Assembly (NCBI GenBank): GCA_048013815.1
Contig: CM106585.1
Span: forward strand, 21,638,001 to 21,702,000
DNA length: 64,000 nucleotides
Direction of reading: 5' to 3'
Source: Setoptus koraiensis
Taxonomy: Eukaryota > Animalia > Arthropoda
Part shown: positions 38,745 through 48,138 of the stretch, in pieces
Layout of the letters: each line of letters begins with the position of its first letter
Position numbering within the stretch: position 1 is the stretch's first letter
The notes under the pieces: generated by a model
Told to the model about the DNA's origin: nothing
What the model saw: only the letters and a program-made list of their open reading frames with translations
Databases searched by the model: none
Translations under genes and position numbers: made by a program

Positions 38745-38749
38745 AAAGT

Positions 38750-39430
38750 GGACGATCGATCGATCAACAATGGGGAAAAGAGTGCGTAATTGCTGTGGTC
38801 AATCAACACGTATTAATCAAGCACAAGCTATTGTCACGCATCCAACATGTGGTCAAATGAAATGTCTATTGGTGGACAACCCGACACAGTTGAGGCCGTG
38901 CAATTCAGATTCGGTTCTGACAAAGCGACAACATGTGAGGTTCCAGGGTGTGGAAATCACAGATTCATTTTATGCTCTCACTGTGGCAAAGTTCTTTGCC
39001 TCCATCATTTTTTGGAAAGGGTGTGTTTCCATGAAATACAGCATGATTTCATCATGCATGTGGAACATCCTACACCGCTTCACATTCAAGTTAACTCAAA
39101 TTGTGCCTCTAGCAGCCGTTGCGATGGAGAGATACGAGCATAGGCATAAGTTTGTATCAGTCACGCGTGACAAATTGTAGCAACAAATAAAACTCTGAAC
39201 TTTGAAAACTTTGATTCAAAACTCCTCTAAAATTGCCTTTCTGACGCTCTCTGGAGCATCTCTAGTCATATCAAATAGGGTATAGAACTTTGAAATTTTT
39301 ATCGGAAAATTGCAAAAAGTCGGGAAAAAACGGGGCTAGGTATAGACCCATTCTGCTCAGCTCCTCGAGCTGAGTCGATCTAGGCTAACCAGGACTCAAT
39401 CTGAGTCTATCAGCTGGATAGGTTTCCTTG
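38750..39430 (+). mobile_element. 3' remnant of a pogo/Tc4-Tc5-like DNA transposon (C-terminal Cys/His zinc-finger tail and right end)
   Basis: ORF 38847-39143 carries CEVPGCGNHRFILCSHCGKVLCLHHFLERVCFH, like the C-terminal CxxC-FIxCxxC-LCxxHF tail of Tc4/Tc5-type transposases (from memory). The end reads CAAGGAAACC on - at 39430, flanked by TAA (TNA-type target). No DDD core or left end found. Confidence 0.5.
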
Positions 39431-39898
39431 TAAGCACACAAACCCAAAATAGCACTACTAAAGACACCAAGCACAGAACCAAAGAGGATGGAAGTGCGTA
39501 GAACAATGGTCAATTAGTAAAATTAATTGGAGCATGTCATCGCCGCGCTTACAAATATGTGCTCTGATTGAGTAGCACAAATTTCTCCCTGTTTCGAAAA
39601 CGACCTATTGATGGTTGATCATACTTGCACAGATTGTTGCGAGCAACATGCACAACACACACACGCAGTATCATCAAAACGGATAGGTGGGAACATGTAC
39701 AGAAATCAATGACTATACACGACATAATTCATCTGAAATTTCTCTCTGCCGCTATAGATAGCTCATTAACACATAGAAATAGATCTAGATGATTATCTCC
39801 GACATGTTATCACATATTCGCTTCTATATTCTAATCATACTTGTCCATCCAAAAAATTAAGCGCTCGAAATACTGATTTGATCAGTATTACTTGTATA

Positions 39899-40159
39899 TT
39901 ATGGCCAGTTGTTTAATTCCTCGTTCTCGAAAGCCCGGACCTCCCAGTAGATAACTACCGCGCTTTCGGCCTGTAAACAATTAATTGCTGGTTCCCAGCT
40001 GTCTGGATACGAACCAGCTGGGGCCCAGCGAATTTTATAATATAATTGTTTCTGACCTTCGACGTCTTCTATCTTATGGTCGACGATGGCGTCTACTGTC
40101 CAGACGTCCGTCGGTGCATTTCTTGGCCGAGTCATCTTAATGGCTATATTGGCGTTCAT
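39899..40159 (-). CDS. Stand-alone chromodomain protein B (86 aa; alternative upstream ATG at 40228)
   Basis: MNANIAIKMTRPRNAPTDVWTVDAIVDHKIEDVEGQKQLYYKIRWAPAGSYPDSWEPAINCL...YWE: chromodomain consensus (aromatic-xVxxIVDH, YxIxW, SWEP). Same length as its paralogue at 41212-41472. Confidence 0.8.
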   Translation of the reverse strand: MNANIAIKMTRPRNAPTDVWTVDAIVDHKIEDVEGQKQLYYKIRWAPAGSYPDSWEPAINCLQAESAVVIYWEVRAFENEELNNWP

Positions 40160-40242
40160 AGAAATAATATAAGATAAGGCTGGGGAATTATTATAATCGT
40201 AATATATATATAACAATATATTTTGCATAACATGCGTGTGTT

Positions 40243-40989
40243 TTAAGTAAAAATGTCTAACATCTTCTCATTTTCGATGCCAGTCCTAGACTGACCTTTA
40301 TTTTGGCTGAGGGAGGTGGGGAACATAGAGTAGGGAGTAAAGAGGTGGAGTCTGTTGGAGGGAGGTGCTACTCCGGCGCGTAACATCTCCCTCCTTCGAA
40401 TGAGATGACATATCTCCTGATATGGTAGAAAGAAGTCGCGATAATCTACTTGGTTTCTACGGGATCGGAGTCGACCAACGGCTCCCACCCGCTCCTGCTC
40501 ACGCTCCAGGGCTCGAGCTTCACGCTCTAAGTTTCGAGCTTCACGCTCTCTAGCCCTTTCTGCGCGACGGCGAGCCTCTCGCTTCCTTTCGCGAGAATTT
40601 CGCATCCAGTCACGGTGGCAGCGCGTAGTATAGCGGCGCAATAGACGAGGTCGACGGCGACGACTTATCCTCGCGAAGTCCTCATTGTGGATCCATGAGG
40701 TCTCCTCATACCCGTACCAACGGACATGGTATAACATGGATCCCGCGATACCAATCCGGCGATGGCCAATCACTTCCTCGATTTCGTAATGGTCATCATA
40801 AATGGGTCCGGGGCTATTGGGCCGTGCTGGTGGCATACCGACTAACCATACTTCGGCCCAGTAAGTAATGTCCCGACGGCATATGTGGCAAGTGTTGGGG
40901 CCTCGCTGGCGACGTAGCGTTTCAGCCATACATGGCTGGCACGCTATATGACCACATGGCGTGGTAACCATGAGGTCGTCGAAACACAT
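40243..40989 (-). CDS. RING-like finger + chromodomain + R/E-rich coiled-coil protein (248 aa)
   Basis: PCGHIACQPC...CHICRR (RING ligands 3-8), then YEIEEVIGHRR...YHVRWYGYEETSWIHNEDF (chromodomain), then REARRRAERAREREARNLEREARALEREQE. The first CxxC is not inside the ORF; an in-frame Cys lies at ~41001 just after an AG. Confidence 0.8.
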   Translation of the reverse strand: MCFDDLMVTTPCGHIACQPCMAETLRRQRGPNTCHICRRDITYWAEVWLVGMPPARPNSPGPIYDDHYEIEEVIGHRRIGIAGSMLYHVRWYGYEETSWIHNEDFARISRRRRPRLLRRYTTRCHRDWMRNSRERKREARRRAERAREREARNLEREARALEREQERVGAVGRLRSRRNQVDYRDFFLPYQEICHLIRRREMLRAGVAPPSNRLHLFTPYSMFPTSLSQNKGQSRTGIENEKMLDIFT

Positions 40990-41211
40990 ATTGTCCAGGC
41001 AACCTGATTTGATATTGTTAAGGTTTTTGTGTGTTAATATTGTACTGTTGAATGATATTTATTATGTGATTCCTGCTTAATGATTATTATCGTTTTTCCT
41101 GTATTGATTTGTTTATTACGGATTAATTTATTGGTATTATTGTGTCGGCTCCAGCATTATTATTTATTGTAGATGGTTAGTATTATTAGATCGATTGTAT
41201 GATGAGTGATG

Positions 41212-41472
41212 TTACATCCAGGTATTTTGTTCGTGTAACATGAATGCCTTCATTTCCCAATAGATGACCACGGCGCTTTCACAATTAAGACAGTTGCTGG
41301 AGGGTTCCCAACTTGCTGGGTAAGCATCTATTGGAGACCATTCGATCTTATAATATAATGTTGTGTCTCCATCTACGGTCTCAATGCGGTGGTCGACGAT
41401 GGCATTCACTACCCATAATGTTGGTTGTGTCTCGCGTGGACGGGTCATCTTGATAATATTATTTTCCGTCAT
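41212..41472 (-). CDS. Stand-alone chromodomain protein A (86 aa)
   Basis: MTENNIIKMTRPRETQPTLWVVNAIVDHRIETVDGDTTLYYKIEWSPIDAYPASWEPSSNCL...YWE; gapless alignment with protein B (50/86 identical by hand count). Confidence 0.8.
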   Translation of the reverse strand: MTENNIIKMTRPRETQPTLWVVNAIVDHRIETVDGDTTLYYKIEWSPIDAYPASWEPSSNCLNCESAVVIYWEMKAFMLHEQNTWM

Positions 41473-41808
41473 AAAATCTTCATACTTTTCTGTTATTATA
41501 TTGGCGGATAATCGAGGAATAAGGTAGAATATGATTTTATTTAATGTGGCAAGAAAATTGTCACCGATTATGTTTAAGTCGTCGATGAAATTTCCAAATG
41601 ATCGTGTATAGTTCGATCAGACGGTCGAATCTTCCTTGTGGTCGCATTTTATGTTTAGTGTGAGAATTGGTGAAATGATAGTACCGCATTCCTTCAGAGG
41701 GTCGGTGCAACACGTGTTGTGTGAGTTCGTTAGCTTGTTGGTTAACATGCTAATATAAATATGTCCTGTTATAGCTCTATCTTGTAATATGTTGCGGCGT
41801 TTTGTGGT

Positions 41809-42378
41809 GTGTTGATACCAGGAACAAAGAACCCACTTCAAGATGGCGGATGTGGTGGGTGTTGTGGGTATCGCGACTATAGCGTCTCTGGTGGTGGTGC
41901 TAGAAAGTTATTGATCTTGAAATCCCATTCATACCTTTGTTGCCTTCTCAAAAACTATCGGGGTATCAGTGGAATTTTACTAAAAGAGGCTTGGGTCATA
42001 AAGCAGTCAATTCAGACGCGAAATGACACATGCGGCTACGCAAATTTGTGCGCCTTTGATGAGTTTATTAAATTGTTAGAAAATCATGGGCAAGTACCCC
42101 GAAGCCTGATGTATCCCGCACGAAAGGTAGCAGAGAAAATGGACATTTTCGGGAGGGTAGCTGAAGACTCTGCTTCAAGGGGTAAGGGAGAGGGGTCGTG
42201 GAATTTTTCAAGAGGCGATAAGTCGTTTATGGGAACCTGCCCCTTTTGCGACGACTTCAAACTAAAACAAACAGCGAAAAACCCCTATCAGTGTCGGGCT
42301 GCTCACTTAAAGGGGCACCTCAAAAATAAGAATTATTCAAAGAAATTTATAGACATTAAACATTATTCTATGTACTAG
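41809..42378 (+). CDS. Hypothetical protein with a weak clan-CE protease-like QxxxxxCG motif and a C-terminal C2H2-like zinc finger
   Basis: IQTRNDTCGY and CPFCDDF...AAHLKGH. True start unclear; the 5' part may be non-coding. Confidence 0.4.
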   Translation: MLIPGTKNPLQDGGCGGCCGYRDYSVSGGGARKLLILKSHSYLCCLLKNYRGISGILLKEAWVIKQSIQTRNDTCGYANLCAFDEFIKLLENHGQVPRSLMYPARKVAEKMDIFGRVAEDSASRGKGEGSWNFSRGDKSFMGTCPFCDDFKLKQTAKNPYQCRAAHLKGHLKNKNYSKKFIDIKHYSMY

Positions 42379-44015
42379 CCTACTTATGTTCCTATACAAT
42401 TGATTTATTTCCAATTTATTTATGTCCAACCCATAAAAATATGTAACCATCATTATCATACCCTTGTATTGCCAGCAAAAATGAATTAAAAAAAAACAAT
42501 TATTATGATGTCCGTCCATTCCGAGTCAAATTAGTGTCCAAACGTGGACGTTTGGAAATTAAGGTGGGGGGGATGTTAAGACCCTACCCTGCCGACCATG
42601 CTACCCAAGGTACCTAATGTAAGATACATGCGATGTCTATCGTTCATTAGTCTATGTGAGGTAGACTCAGACCAATGTAATGAATGCATGAATTCTGCTG
42701 TTACCTTTCTCAATATACATTGAAGCGATTGTATGTCGCCGCTCGCATTACACCTGTATACCAGCTACATAACAGTTATATCTGTATACACAGACTGCTT
42801 GTATGGAGATGGACACAACTGCACACAACTGGTAGCAACAAGCGACAAGCTTGCCGAGAAGATGCAATTAACTGTTCGCTAATTGCGCTGCGCAACTAAT
42901 TAGATTGTTTGTTTTAGTCTGCTATCCAGCTTACATTATATAACTGACACTGTCAGGCGCTGTCAGGTTTACATATGCACACTGGACCTTGTTTATTGGC
43001 CAAGTGGCTTCGAGTGGCTGGCTCGACAATTAGTTGCAAAGTTTCTTTCTGTCTACAAGTTCACACACAAGCGACGAGAAAAAGACGAATTGTTGATTAT
43101 TTTGGAGGCTTTAATGATTTAACTTTTAAACGATGCCATTGTAAATCGCACACACATCTACATCATAAAACATGATCTAAATCACATTATCTGCATCATA
43201 ACATGATCTGCATCATATTATCTGCATCACAATGTGATATAGATCACATTATATGATGCGCATGATGAGCCGAAAAACAAGTGTTGACTTATATACATAA
43301 AACATCTCACACACTTACTTGCATGTGTATTAATTTATATAATTATATTGGTAAGTATATTTATAGTGTGTTGTGAATTGCGGATAAAGTATTGATAATA
43401 CAAAAACAAGTGCAAACAGATAAAGTGTCCGCTCTCGCTACAACTAATTGTATTGTATGACTGATTGTTAAAAGGACCGTTTGTTTGTGATGTGAGCCAA
43501 CACTCAAATAACCTATAGGCCTAAAATAAAATATATATATCATAAGCTTCATATTCTGTTTATATACAAGCTGTGTATATATAAGTTATATGTTGTATGA
43601 TATAACCAATGTATATATATATACGACCAATTCTTCTTGTTGGCTTGTCCGCTTGCCTGTTGCGTAACAACATCCATTCACACACACACAACATGATGTA
43701 ATCACTTATAACTGTTACTGTAGTAATGACAGTTATTAGCCGTTTATATCCATTGCAACAACAGCAACCGGTTTCGTTCGCTGGGCATGCCACACGAATG
43801 ATGTGCTGTGATGATGCGGCTAAACAATTACAAAATTACTGTCGTCGTTAGTGCCCACTTAGAGATGACTCCTCCGTTTGTTAATGAGACTAATAACTCA
43901 TTTCATGTCTTGTTGTTGCTGTTGTTGTTTCATTCATCTCGCCACATTCCTTTGCCACTGGTACAGGTACAGCTGCTCAGATAATTGTCCATTTACTATC
44001 ATACTGACAGGTAAT

Positions 44016-44048
<33 letters not shown>

Positions 44049-44083
44049 CGTCGGATAGATTGTGTAATTGTTGTGCGCTGAGG

Positions 44084-47000
44084 TCAGAGGCATGGCGGCG
44101 GATTGACATGGCCAAACATGTTGAACTCGAGCATACAGGTGAGCACCAGAAACAAACAGTAGGTCATTAGTAGGGCCAGGCCTAAAATGGACAATTGTCG
44201 TATTATTATGATTGCATAGATACGTTAATTAATTATCATCAGTATTATTAACATAAAGGAGAGGAAACAATTATTGCGTAATTAGTAATTGTGAGTCATT
44301 ATGTCATCATCATCATTGTTATTGTCCGTGCTCGATGAACAGGTGAGTGATTATCTCGTCTTGCGATCGTTGTTGGTCGCAACACACGATCATTGCATGA
44401 CATGTGATACACGATCGAATTGCAAGTTGACCATTGTTATCGCTGACATGATCGCCGGCAACAGCCGCCAATTAAAACTTACCGAGGCGAGGCTGCAGTG
44501 TCCAGTTGTAACGATTGAATAGATATATGGTGGCCACTAGCGACATAAACAACAGTATAACGGAATATATAACGCCGCGACTATTGATGGTGGCCGTAAC
44601 TCCTGCAAGCGCAACATTGGCGAGCGAATTAAAATGAAAGCAAAAAGTTAAAGTTAAAACCAGTTAAGAAAACAGCTGATTGTCAGTTTCACTGGCCAGT
44701 TGTGTCAGAGTATCTTGAGTCAGCTGTTGCTGACAGTTGCACTCACCTGGATAGATGGCGGTCTGAATGAACCAGGGCAGTGACAGGCCAATGAGAATGT
44801 CAAATATGTTACTTCCTATGGAGTTGCTCACCGCCATGTCGGCCATTCCCTAAGCACGCACAATGTACAACACATGATAATAATTAGTTAATGATACGAT
44901 AATGATAGAATAATTAATTAGCGGTTACCAGTATCAACACAACTGTCAACTTGGCAACTTGTGCATTGATACAATCGGATTGTAGCAATCGGATTGTAGC
45001 AATCGGACAATTGTTATGACACTCACCATGCGCGCCACGTGAATTGATGAATAGGCGTCCGGCACGGAGGTGCCCGCCGCCAAGAAGGTAATGCCCATGA
45101 TGGAGTCGGGTATGCCCAAAGTGAAACCGACCAGTGTCACCATCCACACCATCACATAGGAGAACAGTGCTGTCCACGTTATAGATATGATAAATGTCAA
45201 CCAGTATTTGTCTGGATACAATGTGCAATCGGGTATTGTGTGATAAAGTACAAAATTGCAGGGTATTTTTGCCAGCCACACATAATAATCTAAGCGGCCA
45301 CGCTCTGGCCCGGGCGGATTGTGCCACATCTCAAGATCCTCTTCGGCCACCAATGAAAATTTACTTTTAGACACCGTTGATTGAGTGGCATACCGGGCAA
45401 TTCGCTGCTGCTGTCCACTACTGATCGATTGATGATTTTGGTTTTGTCCCGCTGCACTTCCGGTGCTGCCGCCAACCATTGAAGTGCCATAGTTGTTGTA
45501 AACTGTTGTTCCACTGCCAATGCTGGCCTGTTTGCCCAGTTGTTGTTGTTGCTGTTGTTGTTGCGCTAATTGTTGTGCTGTCTTATGTAATTGCTTTAAA
45601 CCGTAACTATTTGAGCCGCCTCTCGTTACTCGTTCTCTGTCGTCATCCTCGCCCTCGGGCCCAATATAACTTGCCTCAATTGATTGTTGCTGCTGCAGGT
45701 GGCGCTGGTGGCGCTTCCTTTTCACCTCTTTGTATTGTATTTGCCAAACGACAAATTGAATGGCCGATCTAAATCTCAATCTACACGAAAATAGTCGCTT
45801 GTGTTTTAGTATCACCAACAATGCAGCCCGAAACATATGATCGTCCATCATTATGGGATCCATTGTTTGTTGTTGCATGTTGTTGTTGTTGCAATTAGTT
45901 GCACTGTTTGCCGTCTTGCCACCCATGAGAGACACGTTAAAACTGAATACGTCGTCGGCGCCATCTATCGAGCCGGCACTTATTAATTTGCTTGTCAATG
46001 GTGTAGTGAGCAGGAATTTGGTGACATATTCTTTTATTTGATCATTATGTATCATTATTGTTATGTAAACACCGTATAAGGCTAGCATGGCCAACGATTC
46101 GTAGGCGCTCACCCGTTCGTCATAGATGAACTTTATCCATGTGAGCACGAGGCGATTTATTGGGCCGAAACGGTGGGCCGAAACGGTGGGCCGAAAGAAT
46201 GAGGCGAAATGGTGGGCCGAAAAAGAGGGGCACAGTGTGGAAAGACGAGAGAGTTGATGATTAAAAATCAGGCCTACTAACTCGTGATTAATTGTAATCA
46301 ATTAATCATATAATTGTAGTTAATTAATCATATGATTGTAATTGATCAAAGCCTTATTCAACCTACCAGAATGAGCACCAATACGGTAAATGTGTAAAAT
46401 ACTGAGTCGCGTAACACTGGCCACCAATTCAAGTGGCTCACGGTGGTTGTCACAAATGAACAAATGCCAATAACGAACAATATGTTGAACACCGCAGAGC
46501 CCTGATTTGACCATTAGACAATTGGATAGTCGGGTAATTTGTTAATTGATTTGCATGAAAGAAACAGAGACAACAGGCATACAGTTACAAAAATGAAATA
46601 GTTGAGCCGGTGAGAATCGATGGCCGATTAGCTAATTAAATTGATTAGCCCAGTGTTTAAAAACAACAAACACCGGCTTAAATCACTCACCACAATGGCG
46701 CCTGTGCCCACGTCGCCCTTGGCTATAAAAACTCCCAATATTGCCGTGAAGAGTTCCGGTGCGGAACTTCCGGCACTCATGAGGGTGGCGCCAGCGACGT
46801 CGTCGCTCAAATTGAGTCTCTGGCATGGTGGTGGTGGTAGTGGTCGTCGTTGTTGTCGTTGTTGTCGTTGTTGTTGGCATTGGTGGGTCAATTTATTTAT
46901 TGGGGTCAACAAGGCAGCCGGCAGAAGAGACAAAATGCAAGCAAAGAAAGGAGCAATAAAGCGACATTAGTTTATATGAGGCTTAAGAGGCATGTCGTGC

Positions 47001-48138
47001 GAGTAGCCCGTACGGATATTGTTCAAGTGCTGGCTGCATTGGAAAAAGCAGATTAATTTAACCTGTATTATCACTGATCAGTGATCACCGTTAGCTAATA
47101 ATGCGTAATAACGTAACGGCACACACACGCAATGTTGTTGTAGTTGTTGTTGTTAGTTGGTCTGTGCCCGTTGCAAGTTGTTTGGGGCCCCTCCGTTTGG
47201 GGCCGGGGAAAGGGGGAGCTTGCTGGGGGGGGGGGATCAACTTACCTGGGAGAACTCCTCCAACGAAGGCATAAAATAGCGCTCGCTATGTTTGTTGATC
47301 ACGTTGTTTATGTTTGATTAGATGGCGATGGCGATAGACAGACATACACGGTGAGTTGCATACGGTGGGTTGGCACAGTGAGGTCCGAGGGCAGTTAATT
47401 ATCGTTAGTATCGTGTAGTTATTGCCAGCGAGAGATAGAGAGATAGGCGAGAAAAGAAAGTTAGTAAGTACGTATGTGTATATATATATATGTATAAATT
47501 GATTATCTCTCTGTGCAAACTGTTTTTGTGTTTTGTCTCGTCTGGAGAAACACATCTAGATTTAGGTTGGCAAGCTGAGTGACAGTGGCAGATATTAGCA
47601 GTTACATAACAGTTACATGCTACATACAGACAGAATGACAACAAGCCGGTTGCAACTTGCAAGAATAACTCACCAAACAAGCGCCAGGGCATAGAACATG
47701 TAAACAACTACGGCCATGTGAATTACTATAAGTCCACGAGAGCGCCATTTATCACCAATAATATCATTTGGAAATTCTAGATACGCGGGCGCAATACAAA
47801 TCGATTCGTTTTTTGCTCTAATAAATGGCAACTGTACCAGTCTGGCCTTTTTCTTCTTTTTGACGACAGTCGTCTCTAGCGCATAATTACTGTCGTTTGT
47901 TGCCTGTTCTGTATCGTTGGGGCCCGATTTGGATTCGTGGCCGGCCGGCTGCTGCTGCTGCTGTTGCTGTTGTTGGGTGTCCTTGGATACGCTCAGTCTG
48001 CTGCCAGTGCAGTGGTTGAAATCATTAGTAAAATAGTTAATAGTGGCAAAATAAAAATAAAAAGATAATTAGAAAGAGAAGCAACTTCTGGTGAGAATCT
48101 GGCCGACACTGTCGCGCGTGAGCCAAGGATTGTGCCAT
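44084..48138 (-). CDS. K+-dependent Na+/Ca2+ exchanger (NCKX, SLC24 family); exons 48138(?)-47674, 47285-47246, 46819-46691, 46501-46367, 46130-45027, 44849-44747, 44602-44483, 44181-44084
   Basis: Phase-consistent GT-AG splicing yields [12 protein letters not shown]...[10 protein letters not shown]|[13 protein letters not shown]|[24 protein letters not shown] (alpha-1 repeat)|[12 protein letters not shown]...|...[23 protein letters not shown]|[26 protein letters not shown] (alpha-2)|...[14 protein letters not shown]. The 5' end needs either a 1-nt correction near 48050 or an acceptor near 47998. Confidence 0.93.

Larger units (their letters stand above)
34880..42600. mobile_element. Composite mobile-element island (nested non-autonomous DNA elements plus chromodomain/RING cargo ORFs)
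   Basis: Abrupt loss of the host-type CA/CAA microsatellite texture, multiple inverted-repeat pairs, one TSD-bounded element, a pogo-like transposase tail and closely spaced intronless ORFs. Boundaries approximate. Confidence 0.65.
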
